A DNA stretch of 64,000 nt from Parcubacteria group bacterium GW2011_GWA1_40_21 (GCA_000996205.1 LBYO01000005.1:1728-65727), one strand, 5' to 3'. Positions 1-9,820 are shown, counted from the first letter of the stretch. The notes: generated by a model not told the origin, from the letters alone. Made by a program: numbers and translations.

Positions 1-85
1 AATAATTCCATAGACCCGATGAAATTTATGGATCTGTTTAAATAATCTTGGAATATAGTGTAAACTATGTTTAATCAAAAAATTT

Positions 86-493
86 ATGCCTTACAAAATA
101 AATGAACACATTGCCGATATAAGAATTGCGGCGCGCGGGCGAAATCTGGAGCAGCTTTTTACCGACGCTTTTCTGGGAATGATGTATATATTGAAGCCGG
201 TGCAGAAGTTTTTGCCGGAAAAAATAGAGCGGGAAATATCTCTTGAAGCCATAGACACTACGGCACTTTTAGTGGATTTTCTTAATGAGACATTGTCTCT
301 CGCGAACGCGAATAAAGAATTTTACACGCATGTGATTTTTTACAAAATCCAGCCGACCAGCTTAAGAGCAAAACTTTTCGGAGTTTCCACCGAATCATTT
401 CACAGAGACATCAAAGATGTGACCTACCACGAAGCGGAGGTTAAGCAGACGGAAGACGGAGCGTGGGAGACGGTGATTGTATTTCCGAGATGA
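86..493 (+). CDS. Archease family protein
   Basis: N-terminal EHIADIRI and C-terminal IKDVTYH motifs, 135 aa. Confidence 0.85.
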   Translation: MPYKINEHIADIRIAARGRNLEQLFTDAFLGMMYILKPVQKFLPEKIEREISLEAIDTTALLVDFLNETLSLANANKEFYTHVIFYKIQPTSLRAKLFGVSTESFHRDIKDVTYHEAEVKQTEDGAWETVIVFPR

Positions 494-545
494 CTTATTG
501 CCGATGATATTGCTTATATTTTTTAATTCAGTAAACTTATTTAAT

Positions 546-713
546 ATGAAGACAAACAAAGGCAAGTTTCAAATCTCAAAAGCAGAACATTTCGGGTGCG
601 CTCCGCGCCTCAAAGGTGTCGTCAAAAATCTGGGCATAAAACCGACGAGAAAGATGAAGAGAAAAGGCGAGGTTCATATGAGAGTTTCGGATATCAAGAA
701 GAAGTTAAAATAA
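546..713 (+). CDS. Small basic hypothetical protein (55 aa)
   Basis: ATG at 546 after A/T-rich leader; Lys/Arg-rich; ORF-track start at 477 overlaps archease. Confidence 0.5.
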   Translation: MKTNKGKFQISKAEHFGCAPRLKGVVKNLGIKPTRKMKRKGEVHMRVSDIKKKLK

Positions 714-716
714 TTT

Positions 717-887
717 ATGAACATAAGAATAATTTTAACTTTGATGGGTCTCGCGACAGGCTGGTTTTTGTTTGAAGAAATAATTATAGGCGCCGTTGCG
801 TTCATTATATTCGGCGTTATCGTCTGGTTTGGTTACAAAAGAAAAAAGAGGAATTCAAAAGCGAAATTAAAAAGCCCAATCGGCTAA
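717..887 (+). CDS. Small membrane protein (56 aa), not in ORF track
   Basis: MNIRIILTLMGLATGWFLFEEIIIGAVAFIIFGVIVWFGYKRKKRNSKAKLKSPIG; hydrophobic segments then basic tail; starts 3 nt after previous stop. Confidence 0.6.
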   Translation: MNIRIILTLMGLATGWFLFEEIIIGAVAFIIFGVIVWFGYKRKKRNSKAKLKSPIG

Positions 888-1002
888 TTATCTCATTTGG
901 TTTTTACCCACCCCTTAAGCATTGACTATATTAAATATTTCCATTACTTTTATTTCAGACTTTGTAAAAATATAAATAAAATCTTTAGAAAGGAGAAAGA
1001 GA

Positions 1003-1548
1003 TTGGCTAAAATAACTATTTTTGGACTCGCGGGGACAGGCACGACTTCGGTTGGGAAAATGTTGGCAAGCAATTTAGGTCACACTTTTTTGTCTAGCGG
1101 GAATTTGTTTAGAGAAAAATCGGTTAAACTTGGAATTGAAGTTTCCAAGCTTGAAAAAATCTGCTTAACACATTCAAAATATGATCTTGAGCTGGACAAA
1201 TATATAGAAAAGTTTGGCAAAGAAAAAAATAACTTTGTCGTGGAAAGCCGTCTAGCTTATCACTTCATTCCAGATTCAATAAAGATAAAGTTTGTCTGCG
1301 ATTATGCCACCAGGATTCAGAGAGTGGCCAGAAGGCAGAATATACCCACTTCGGTCGTTTCTGAAGAAACAAATTTCAGGGAGCAGGCCGCGAAGAGAAG
1401 ATACCGTAAACTTTACGGCGTCAAAAAATTGGCGCCAGATAAGCAGTTTCATTTAATCATTGACACATCGCGCAGATCCGCGGAAGAAACCGCGGCAATT
1501 ATTGTCTCAAAATTTAACCTGTTTAAACTCAAAGGAGGCAGACAGTGA
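1003..1548 (+). CDS. cmk: Cytidylate kinase, archaeal-type
   Basis: P-loop GLAGTGTTS, SSGNLFRE, VVESRLAY, IIDTS; AGGAG upstream of TTG start. Confidence 0.8.
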   Translation: MAKITIFGLAGTGTTSVGKMLASNLGHTFLSSGNLFREKSVKLGIEVSKLEKICLTHSKYDLELDKYIEKFGKEKNNFVVESRLAYHFIPDSIKIKFVCDYATRIQRVARRQNIPTSVVSEETNFREQAAKRRYRKLYGVKKLAPDKQFHLIIDTSRRSAEETAAIIVSKFNLFKLKGGRQ

Positions 1549-1877
1549 AAGTGATAATAGATAAAAATGGCGATGTTGTTTACCGGCAAGGATTAAAGAC
1601 TCTGATAGTCAACATGAATACGAAAGTTGATTATGAAATCTTTAAAGCGGCGGCGAGTTTTTCTCAGACGATTCATTATTTCCTTTCTTCAAGGGGGATT
1701 ATGAATTGCGCGACTATCACGCTGTTCGCGGCGACGCTGGCCTTTTTTTCTTGCGTTTTCGTCCGTGAATTGAAGACATATCTGATCACAATTGCCAAAG
1801 TTTCAGGCTCCGTTGCGGGAATATTCATAGCCTTGCTCATATATCGTTCTCGTCTCTGGAAATGGAAGATTCTTTAA
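1545..1877 (+). CDS. Hypothetical membrane protein
   Basis: GTGA overlap with cmk, SD AGGAGG, two C-terminal hydrophobic segments. Confidence 0.6.
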   Translation: MKVIIDKNGDVVYRQGLKTLIVNMNTKVDYEIFKAAASFSQTIHYFLSSRGIMNCATITLFAATLAFFSCVFVRELKTYLITIAKVSGSVAGIFIALLIYRSRLWKWKIL

Positions 1878-1900
1878 AAAGATATTCCGATTATTTTAAG

Positions 1901-1935
1901 ACCCCGCTCTTTCTCGACAAAAGAACGGGGTTTTT
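1901..1935 (+). terminator. Intrinsic terminator
   Basis: ACCCCGCTCTTT...AAAGAACGGGGT stem followed by T-run. Confidence 0.65.
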
Positions 1936-2063
1936 CACTTCCTCTCAATGAACGGGTATCATTATATGCTTTGTATTACGAAACTTGATAATGCCGTTGA
2001 CTTAATTATATAATGTGATATACATAAGAAACAAATTGATTATTATTTATTAATCGCACAAAA

Positions 2064-3095
2064 ATGCCTATAATTAAATTCAAGCCAAAACAAGCGTCAA
2101 AGAAGCTTCTGTCGGCTCTTTCCGACAGGTCAAAAGAAGTTATGGAAAGCCGGTACGGATTGGGAAAGAACGACGAAAGGATGACGCTTGAAGCGATAGG
2201 ACAGTATTATGGAATTACGAGGGAGCGGGTTCGCCAAATAGAAAACCATTCAATCGCCGCGATAAGAAAATCCAAATATTACACTGAAGAAAATTCCGCC
2301 TTTGACGAACTGGAATCACTCATCCGCTCTTTGGGGGGAATTATTGTGGAACAGGACCTTCTTGACCATATTTCCAAAGATACGACTATTCAGAACCATA
2401 TCAATTTTCTTTTGGTGATCGGGCACCCTTTCAAGAAAATCAAAGAAGATGAAGATTTTAAGCACAGGTGGTATGTGAACGAAGAGCTTTCAGAGAAGGT
2501 TCACGGATCGCTTAAAAAAGTCTATGAAAATCTGAAAGACGAAGATTTGATATCGGAAACGGAAATGATCAAAGCGTTTATGGAACACATCAAAGACTTG
2601 GCGGAAAATTTAAAAAATGAAGAGATGGTAAGGAGATGGCTCTCAATTTCCAAGCGAGTAGGCAAGAATCCTTTGGGTGAATGGGGAAAGACTGCTTCTC
2701 CCAACATCAGTGCGAAAGGGATGCGCGATTACGCCTTCTTGGTAATAAGAAAACACGGCTCGCCAATTCATTTTAAAGAAGTCGCCAGAATAATCAGCGA
2801 AGTTTTCAAGAAAAAAGCCCATATCGCCACTTGCCACAACGAACTGATTAAAGACCCTAGGTTCGTGCTTGTCGGAAGAGGTCTTTACGCTCTTTCGGAA
2901 TGGGGATATATGAGCGGCGTGGTTAAAGATGTGATAAGAAAAATTTTGGAAAAACACGGTCCTTTGAGCAAAGAAGAAATAATAGATAAGGTAATGAAAG
3001 AAAGGTATGTAAAAGAAAATACCATCACGGTCAATCTCCAAAATCCGAAATATTTCAAGAAAAACAAAGAAGGGAAATATACAGTTGCGAAATAG
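2064..3095 (+). CDS. Sigma70 region-4 HTH fused to C-terminal winged-helix (HARE-HTH/RNAP delta-like) domains
   Basis: RMTLEAIGQYYGITRERVRQIE; HNELIKDPRFVLVGRGLYALSEWG. Confidence 0.75.
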   Translation: MPIIKFKPKQASKKLLSALSDRSKEVMESRYGLGKNDERMTLEAIGQYYGITRERVRQIENHSIAAIRKSKYYTEENSAFDELESLIRSLGGIIVEQDLLDHISKDTTIQNHINFLLVIGHPFKKIKEDEDFKHRWYVNEELSEKVHGSLKKVYENLKDEDLISETEMIKAFMEHIKDLAENLKNEEMVRRWLSISKRVGKNPLGEWGKTASPNISAKGMRDYAFLVIRKHGSPIHFKEVARIISEVFKKKAHIATCHNELIKDPRFVLVGRGLYALSEWGYMSGVVKDVIRKILEKHGPLSKEEIIDKVMKERYVKENTITVNLQNPKYFKKNKEGKYTVAK

Positions 3096-3100
3096 ACCGA

Positions 3101-3245
3101 ATTAGGTTCTAGTGATTAGGTTTTAGGGACTAGGTCGGGAGCAGATTCCAGTTTTTAGTGAATAGTGGTTAGGTTTTGGAATTAGACATTAGAAATTAAT
3201 ACAAACTTCTATTCTCTATAACCTAAAACCTAGCCACTAAAACCT
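3101..3245. repeat. Degenerate TAGGTTT/AAACCTA heptamer arrays in inverted arrangement
   Basis: Left arm TAGGTTC/TAGGTTT units, right arm AACCTAAAACCTAGCCACTAAAACCT; related arrays at 30155, 33371, 53101, 58511. Confidence 0.65.
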
Positions 3246-3322
3246 CCCGTTAAAGATTGATAGTTCACGTTTGCGGTGGTATTATTATCGCATAATTTTA
3301 GAACCGCCTTACGCATTTATTT

Positions 3323-4564
3323 ATGCTAAATAATTTCTTGTCATTCATTTCTAATAATCTGCCGGATTTGGAAAGAATAGTTTTGGATACTTTAATCTCG
3401 TATTCGCCGATATGGCTTCCAATACTGCTTATAATTATCGGTTGGAAATTATGGGTGAGGTATATTAGAGCGCTTTTTTGGAGCAAGCAGAAGCGAATAC
3501 TTTTGGAAATCAAGTTGCCGAAAGAGATTACCAAATCGCCACTCGCAATGGAAACATTTCTAATAGGATTGCATCAGACCGGCCGCGAAGGGACATGGTA
3601 TGCCAAATTCTGGGAAGGGAAGACGAGGCCGTGGTTTTCTTTGGAAATGGTTTCCACAGAAGGAGTCGTGCGATTTTTCATCTGGACTGAAGCGTCTTTT
3701 AAAAACATAATTGAAGCGCAACTTTACGCTCAATATCCGACGGTGGAAATTTACGAAGCGCCGGATTATACCGAAGGAGTATTTTTTGACAAAGATAAAA
3801 TAGGGCTTATGGGCACAAACTTTGAATTCAGTAAATCTAGCGCTTACCCAATAAAAACTTATGTTGATTATGGGTTGGATAAAGCAGACACGAAGGAGGA
3901 ATACAAGACTGACCCGATTACGCCGATAATTGAATTTTTGGGTTCAATGGGGAAAGGCGAACAAGCTTGGATTCAAATCTTGATAAGAGCCCATAAGAAA
4001 GAGCAGATTAAGAAAGGGACATGGTTTGAAAAGGCAGATACTTGGCAGGACGAAGCCAAAGAGGAGATTGAGAAAATCAGGAAAGAAGCTACTCCAGAAA
4101 CTGAATCTGACTACCCCGCCTTTCCTAATCCGACCAAAGGTCAGATTGAGAAGATTGCCGCCATTGAAAAAAATGTTTCCAAGCTCGGATTTGATTGCGG
4201 CATTCGTATTATTTATCTTGCCGAGAAAAATAAATTTAATAAGGGTATGAGTGCCGCTATGACTGGCATTACCAGACAGTTTCATTCCAATAATTTAAAC
4301 AGTTTTAAATCCTACGGAATAACATTTTTTGATTATCCGTGGCAGGATTACAAAAGTATAAGGGTTAACAAGAAAAAAAAGAAAATGCTCAATGCTTACA
4401 AATTACGCTCCTATTTTTATCCGCCCTATCAGAAAAAATGGTTTGTGATAAATACGGAAGGGCTCGCTTCAATTTTCCACTTGCCCGGAAGTGTCGCGCA
4501 GACACCATCATTCGCGAGAATTGTTTCCAAGAAAGCCGAACCTCCGTCAAATTTGCCTATTTAG
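3323..4564 (+). CDS. Conserved CPR-type hypothetical membrane-anchored protein
   Basis: N-terminal TM; LLEIKLPKE..KSPLAME, WFSLEMVS, YAQYPTVEI, YPIKTY, ends PPSNLPI. Confidence 0.75.
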   Translation: MLNNFLSFISNNLPDLERIVLDTLISYSPIWLPILLIIIGWKLWVRYIRALFWSKQKRILLEIKLPKEITKSPLAMETFLIGLHQTGREGTWYAKFWEGKTRPWFSLEMVSTEGVVRFFIWTEASFKNIIEAQLYAQYPTVEIYEAPDYTEGVFFDKDKIGLMGTNFEFSKSSAYPIKTYVDYGLDKADTKEEYKTDPITPIIEFLGSMGKGEQAWIQILIRAHKKEQIKKGTWFEKADTWQDEAKEEIEKIRKEATPETESDYPAFPNPTKGQIEKIAAIEKNVSKLGFDCGIRIIYLAEKNKFNKGMSAAMTGITRQFHSNNLNSFKSYGITFFDYPWQDYKSIRVNKKKKKMLNAYKLRSYFYPPYQKKWFVINTEGLASIFHLPGSVAQTPSFARIVSKKAEPPSNLPI

Positions 4565-4603
4565 TTTATGACATATCTCTAGTTGTCACTTCCTGATTTT
4601 TAT

Positions 4604-4670
4604 GTCATTCCCGCGCATGCGGGAATCCAGAACCTCGGTGGTTTAGACCGGATCCCTACCTTTGTAAGTC
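4604..4670. repeat. GTCATTCCCGCG..GCGGGAATCCAG palindromic REP-like repeat
   Basis: Palindrome ATTCCCGCGCATGCGGGAAT; relatives at 21322, 26806, 37515, 51184. Confidence 0.75.
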
Positions 4671-4688
4671 CTATAATTTTATTTATCA

Positions 4689-5687
4689 ATGTTTTACATA
4701 TTACATAAAGTGGCGGAAAAATTGTCATTCAAACCGAGCAAAAAGGTTTTGACTATTGCCGCCGCGACATTTTTTTTGGCGGCAGGATTTTTTTATTATT
4801 TTTTTGCAAGTCCTCCGGCTGACTTTCCCGTAAATTCTATATATTCAATTCCAGAAAAAAGCAATCTTTCAGAAATAGCGAATGAGGCTGAAAAAAATCA
4901 TATAATAAAATCAGCGCTGGCGTTAAAAGTTTTGACTATCTTATTTTCAGGAAATAAAGGTGTAATCTCCGGAGACTATGTCTTGGACAGGAAGGAGAAT
5001 GTGTTTGAAATTGCTCAAAGATTCACTGATGGAGATTTTAGGCTGTCAGCCGTAAAGATTACAGTTCCTGAAGGTTTTAGTGTTTATGATATAGCCGAAT
5101 TGTTATCCAAGAAAGATGATTTGCGGAATTTTAATAAAGAAGATTTTATCAGTCTCGCGAAAGACAAAGAAGGATATTTGTATCCCGACACATATTTTTT
5201 CCTGCCCAATATTAAAGCCAAGCAGATAATAGAAATTATGATGGATAATTTTAGAGACAAAGTTGAATTGATTCAGAAAGACGCCAAGAAATTCAATAAA
5301 ACCTTTCAAGAAGTCTTGATAATGGCTTCCATTCTTGAGAAAGAAGTCAGGACTGCGGAAGACAGGAGGATTGTCGCTGGAATTCTTTGGAAGAGGATAA
5401 AGATAGGAATGCCTCTTCAAGTTGACGCTGTTTTTCCTTACATAACGCAGAAAAAAGACAGAGCGATAGCTAAAGATGATTTAAAAATAAATTCACCCTA
5501 CAACACATATCTCAACAAAGGCTTGCCGCCCGGGCCGATTTCCAACCCAAGCTTGGACGCGATTGAGTCGGCCATTAATCCGAAAGAAACTAAATATCTT
5601 TTTTATATTTCAGATAAAAAGGGAATTACGCACTTCGCAAGCACGCTTGAGGAACACAATAAGAACATTGCGAGATATTTGAGATGA
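4689..5687 (+). CDS. mltG: Endolytic transglycosylase MltG
   Basis: ITVPEG, EGYLYPDTY, MASILEKE, MPLQVD, SPYNTY..GLPPGPISNP. Confidence 0.95.
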   Translation: MFYILHKVAEKLSFKPSKKVLTIAAATFFLAAGFFYYFFASPPADFPVNSIYSIPEKSNLSEIANEAEKNHIIKSALALKVLTILFSGNKGVISGDYVLDRKENVFEIAQRFTDGDFRLSAVKITVPEGFSVYDIAELLSKKDDLRNFNKEDFISLAKDKEGYLYPDTYFFLPNIKAKQIIEIMMDNFRDKVELIQKDAKKFNKTFQEVLIMASILEKEVRTAEDRRIVAGILWKRIKIGMPLQVDAVFPYITQKKDRAIAKDDLKINSPYNTYLNKGLPPGPISNPSLDAIESAINPKETKYLFYISDKKGITHFASTLEEHNKNIARYLR

Positions 5688-5710
5688 TGTTTTCACTTTT
5701 GTGAGCAAGT

Positions 5711-5742
5711 AAAAAAGCTGGAGGTTTAAATTCCAGCTTTTT
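5711..5742. terminator. Bidirectional terminator
   Basis: AAAAAAGCTGGA..TCCAGCTTTTT between convergent genes. Confidence 0.7.
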
Positions 5743-5765
5743 AAAATCCATAAAATAATAAAAAC

Positions 5766-6215
5766 TTATTTTGGTTTTACGTCAATAAATTCATATTTAA
5801 TTAGACGGGATTCTTTCAATTTGTAACTGTTATACTTATTTTTATATACCTCCCTGTAAGTTACAATAACTTCTTGTCCCTCTTTAAGCCCTTCCCATAA
5901 TTGCTTGATTTTTGGGGATTTAAATATAAACTCCCCGTGTTCACACTTAAGGATTATCGCATAAACATTTGGCACATCAACATTCACGGGAACGAAGCAC
6001 GTGCTCATCTCGCCGTTGTCAGTTGAAGGATTAATAATGCTTGGTTTTCCGTGCATTGGCGTTATTGATAGTAGATATAAGACTTTCGCATTCTCCGTCA
6101 ACAATAAAGAGCGTTCCTCTTGATATGTTTTTTTGCGGATACATCTCATACCCCCACACACGGACAGCACCATAATCCCAGCTACAATTAAAAGTAAAAA
6201 TTGCTTTACTTTCAT
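5766..6215 (-). CDS. Hypothetical secreted/membrane-anchored protein
   Basis: N-terminal hydrophobic segment; SD GAGGAG. Confidence 0.65.
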   Translation of the reverse strand: MKVKQFLLLIVAGIMVLSVCGGMRCIRKKTYQEERSLLLTENAKVLYLLSITPMHGKPSIINPSTDNGEMSTCFVPVNVDVPNVYAIILKCEHGEFIFKSPKIKQLWEGLKEGQEVIVTYREVYKNKYNSYKLKESRLIKYEFIDVKPK

Positions 6216-6279
6216 TATTACGCTCCTTCTCTTGATTAAGTTTTCCCTTGATAAAGTACACTATTATTAAGTTAATCTA

Positions 6280-6385
6280 CTTTGAATTACGAAACCCTTG
6301 TTTTCCGTCTTTGCGAGTCGGTACTCCGGCGTGGCAATCCAGAGCTTATCGCGCGTAATCATAGATTGCCACGCTTCTCATAATT
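6280..6385. mobile_element. Truncated copy of CTTTGAATTACGAAAC MITE
   Basis: Left TIR and first ~90 bp highly similar to 32919 and 48045 copies; right end decayed. Confidence 0.75.
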
Positions 6386-6428
6386 GACTATCATTGTCAA
6401 TGAATATAAATTGTGTTAGATTTTTTTA

Positions 6429-7607
6429 ATGAAAAAGATTGGGACAAACAACACAATGAATAAGTTAAAGAAAAAAGCTAAAGTCTTCGTGGCGATGTCG
6501 GGCGGGGTGGATAGCTCGCTTTCGGCGGCTTTGCTTAAAGAAGAAGGCTACGATGTGACTGGAGTATTCATAAAGGTTTGGCAGCCGGATTTTGTGGAAT
6601 GCGTTTGGAAGGAAGATAGGCTGGATGCGATGAGGGTGTGCGCGAAGTTGGGGATTAAATTCTTGACTCTTGATTTGGAGAAGGAATACAAAAGGGATGT
6701 GGTGGATTATATGGTAAGCGAATACAGGGAAGGACGGACGCCGAATCCGGATGTGAATTGCAACAAGTATGTGAAGTTTGGAGCCTTTTTTGATTTTGCG
6801 ATGAAAAACGGAGCAGACTATGTCGCGACGGGACACTATGCCCGCCTTCGGCGGGAATTTCCAATTTCTAAATCCCAATTTCCAAACAAATCAGAAATTC
6901 TAAATTCAAAAATACAAACTATTTATAAATTGCTCGAAGCAAGCGATTCAAACAAAGACCAGTCGTATTTTCTGTGGAATTTGACGCAGGAACATTTGAA
7001 GAGAACTCTCTTTCCCATCGGAGATATGCAAAAAACGGAGGTCAGGAAAATGGCGCGAAAATTCAACCTGCCTGTTTCAGAAAAAAAGGACAGCCAAGGA
7101 CTTTGCTTTATCGGCAAGGTGGATATGAAAGATTTTTTAAAACATTATCTGCCACCAAAGAAAGGAAATGTTTTGAATGAAAAAGGGGAAGTAATCGGCT
7201 GGCACGAAGGAGCCTATTTCTACACGATTGGCCAAAGGCATGGATTTATAATCACGAAAAAGTCGCCGGAGGATAAGCCTTATTACATAATTTCAAAAGA
7301 CATACCGTCAAACACAATCACGGTTTCTCACAGTCCTGCCACGCAAGGAATTTCATCGTCAAAAAAAATCACGATAAGCGGATCAAATTGGATAGCCGGC
7401 GAGCTTCCTGATTTAAATAAAAAATATAAAGCCAGAATTCGCTATCGCGAGCCACTTAAATCTTGCCGAATTGAAATGGTGAAAGAAGGTAATTCAAGAT
7501 TTTTGATTATCTTTGACTCTTCTCAAGCCGCCGTTTCCAGAGGACAATCGCTAGTCATTTACGACGGCGAGCATTGTATTGGCGGAGGGGTTATAGACAA
7601 TTTTTAG
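6429..7607 (+). CDS. mnmA: tRNA 2-thiouridylase MnmA with repeat-derived insertion
   Basis: AMSGGVDSS, TPNPDVNCN, ATGHY, KDQSYFL, KKDSQGLCF, YTIGQR. Confidence 0.97.
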   Translation: MKKIGTNNTMNKLKKKAKVFVAMSGGVDSSLSAALLKEEGYDVTGVFIKVWQPDFVECVWKEDRLDAMRVCAKLGIKFLTLDLEKEYKRDVVDYMVSEYREGRTPNPDVNCNKYVKFGAFFDFAMKNGADYVATGHYARLRREFPISKSQFPNKSEILNSKIQTIYKLLEASDSNKDQSYFLWNLTQEHLKRTLFPIGDMQKTEVRKMARKFNLPVSEKKDSQGLCFIGKVDMKDFLKHYLPPKKGNVLNEKGEVIGWHEGAYFYTIGQRHGFIITKKSPEDKPYYIISKDIPSNTITVSHSPATQGISSSKKITISGSNWIAGELPDLNKKYKARIRYREPLKSCRIEMVKEGNSRFLIIFDSSQAAVSRGQSLVIYDGEHCIGGGVIDNF

Positions 7608-7682
7608 CAAAGGTGTATCATTATGGACATTATAAACGCAATCGTTTAATATTATTAGCAATTATCAACATAATTAAAATTT

Positions 7683-8168
7683 ATGGAAAACAACAACAAG
7701 AAATCCACAGCGATCATCATAGCGATAATCGTGATAATTCTTATCGGAGCAGGTTTTTATTTTTCTTATAAGAAAAGCGGAGTTCAGACAGGAACTACAG
7801 AGGATCAAATTCCTTTGAAAAACGGGTCAAGCTCAAGCTACGAGATTACAGCCATTAATGCAAGACATCAATACAAGAACGGCAAGCACATATACGCGGG
7901 AGTGATTGACCTTCCTACTCCTTGCCATTCCGTCAGTGTTGTGGCGACCCCTTCGGGAACAAACAAATATACGCTTCAATTTACAACAAAGACAACCGAT
8001 GAAGTCTGCGCTCAAGTGATTACCCCGAGACCTTTCAGAGTTGAGTTCGCGGCTCCAAAGAATATTACTGTTGATGCCACTTTGAACGGCAAGCCCATTA
8101 CTCTCAATGTTCTTGAAGTAAAAGAGGGAGAAGATATTGACAAAGTTAAGTTTAACGACAAAGGCTAA
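7683..8168 (+). CDS. Hypothetical membrane-anchored protein
   Basis: N-terminal TM; LPTPCH and CAQVITP Cys pair. Confidence 0.7.
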   Translation: MENNNKKSTAIIIAIIVIILIGAGFYFSYKKSGVQTGTTEDQIPLKNGSSSSYEITAINARHQYKNGKHIYAGVIDLPTPCHSVSVVATPSGTNKYTLQFTTKTTDEVCAQVITPRPFRVEFAAPKNITVDATLNGKPITLNVLEVKEGEDIDKVKFNDKG

Positions 8169-8184
8169 ATCTTAAGCCGTTCCT

Positions 8185-9018
8185 ATGCCTAAGAAGGATG
8201 CTTTAATAATCAAGTCTACCGGAGAGAAGGAACTGTTTGACGTCAGAAAATTGGAAGCGTCCCTCGCGAGAGCGGGAGCATCTGAAAGCAGTGTAAGTCT
8301 GATAGCGGAACACATACTTAAAGAAGTGAGAGATGGCATGAGTACGGGAGAAATCTACACTCATGCCTTTTCTCTTTTGCGCCGATACGAAAAACCGGCG
8401 GCTCTTAAATATTCGGTGAGAAGAGCGGTGATGGAATTGGGACCCTCAGGTTTTCCATTTGAAAAATTTATCGCCGATCTTTTCAAGGCCAGAGGGTTTA
8501 AAGCGGAGACCAATCTTTTGGCGAGAGGGAAGTGCGTGGAACACGAAATTGATGTGATGGCTTGGAACGATGTGAAATTGATCATAGCCGAGGCCAAATT
8601 CCACAACGATAACGGCCTTAAATCCGATCTCAAGGTGGCGCTTTATGTCAAAGCGCGCTTTGACGATTTAAAAGAGACTCTTTTCAGCCCGGATGGCAAT
8701 AAAAGAAAATTTGACGAAGCCTATCTCATAACAAACACCAAATTCACTTCTCACGCGATTGATTACGCCAAATGCAGCGGGCTCGCTCTCATTGGTTGGA
8801 ATTATCCGAACACCGGCAATCTTCACAATATGATTGAAGATTTTAATCTTCATCCGATTACCGCCCTGACTGCTCTTAGCGGTTCCGAGAAACGAGATCT
8901 GCTCTCGCAAGGAATCGTGCTTAGCAAACAAATTTCCGACAGAAACATTCTGAAAGGCGTCGGCATAAAAGATGCCAGAATTGACGCGATTCTTCAGGAA
9001 ATAAAAGAACTTTTTTAA
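8185..9018 (+). CDS. ATP-cone domain + Mrr-like restriction endonuclease domain
   Basis: IIKSTGEKELFDVRKLEASL (ATP cone); FPFEKF..HEIDV..IAEAK (PD-(D/E)XK); LITNTKFT. Confidence 0.8.
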   Translation: MPKKDALIIKSTGEKELFDVRKLEASLARAGASESSVSLIAEHILKEVRDGMSTGEIYTHAFSLLRRYEKPAALKYSVRRAVMELGPSGFPFEKFIADLFKARGFKAETNLLARGKCVEHEIDVMAWNDVKLIIAEAKFHNDNGLKSDLKVALYVKARFDDLKETLFSPDGNKRKFDEAYLITNTKFTSHAIDYAKCSGLALIGWNYPNTGNLHNMIEDFNLHPITALTALSGSEKRDLLSQGIVLSKQISDRNILKGVGIKDARIDAILQEIKELF

Positions 9019-9036
9019 TCTTTCATTTTCGAAAAA

Positions 9037-9082
9037 TTTTCAACATCCGATGTCCAAATATTTGGACATCGGATGTTGAAAA
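9037..9082. repeat. REP doublet, 46-bp perfect palindrome downstream of RAYT
   Basis: TTTTCAACATCCGATGTCCAAATATTTGGACATCGGATGTTGAAAA. Confidence 0.9.
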
Positions 9083-9107
9083 ATAAGTCATCGTAAAATG
9101 TAAATTC

Positions 9108-9809
9108 TTATTCAAGGGTGAAACCGTTGAAATCACTGGAGCTGAAATTTTTTAGTTCTTGATAAACCGAATTTTTATAACCTGATTCTCCGCCGAAATA
9201 ATCAAGAAAAAAATCTCTTTGAGTAACCGACGGAAAATTCTTTTTGCCCAGATAATCAAGATGACTGCTCCATCGGTATGATTCAAGAAATTTGATAGCG
9301 GAGTTGAGATTTTTAATACTTCGCTCTCTCCACTCCGGTGCATGAAGATCAAGAGGGTTAAAATGGATGTAGTATGGCATAAAAAGAAAATGACGATCTT
9401 CCGTGATTTGTATTGACTTGTATTTTCCTTGAAACAGAGCTCCGACGCGTTCATATTTTTCATTGAAATATTTTGAGTAGCCCATATTGAGTTTCTTCAT
9501 AAATAAAGAAACGCCTTTTTCATTTATCGGAGAAATTAATAGGTGATAATGATTCGGCATCATGCTAAAAGCATGAATTTTCACTAAGCATTTTCTAGGT
9601 CTTGGTGATTTTGTTTTCTCAATCTTTGGACATTCGATGTCCAAAGATTGATTGTAAGATTGGCAAAAACGGTAATTATTCGCATAAACATTATTTTCAT
9701 CATTGAATTCAAATAAATCGTGAACAAAGCGAAAATGATCTTCTTCATCTTGAAAGATTGTCCTTTTGTCAACGCCCCTGTTGAGTATGTGATATAGTCC
9801 TAATTCCAT
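9108..9809 (-). mobile_element. REP-associated tyrosine transposase (RAYT, IS200-like HUH/Y1)
   Basis: YHILNRGVDKRTIF, MPNHYHLL (HUH), GALFQGKYKS, YIHFNP, YRWSS. Confidence 0.9.
9620..9650. repeat. REP copy inside RAYT coding sequence
   Basis: CAATCTTTGGACAT-TCG-ATGTCCAAAGATTG, encodes QSLDIECPKI. Confidence 0.85.
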
Positions 9810-9820
9810 TTAATAAAAAC

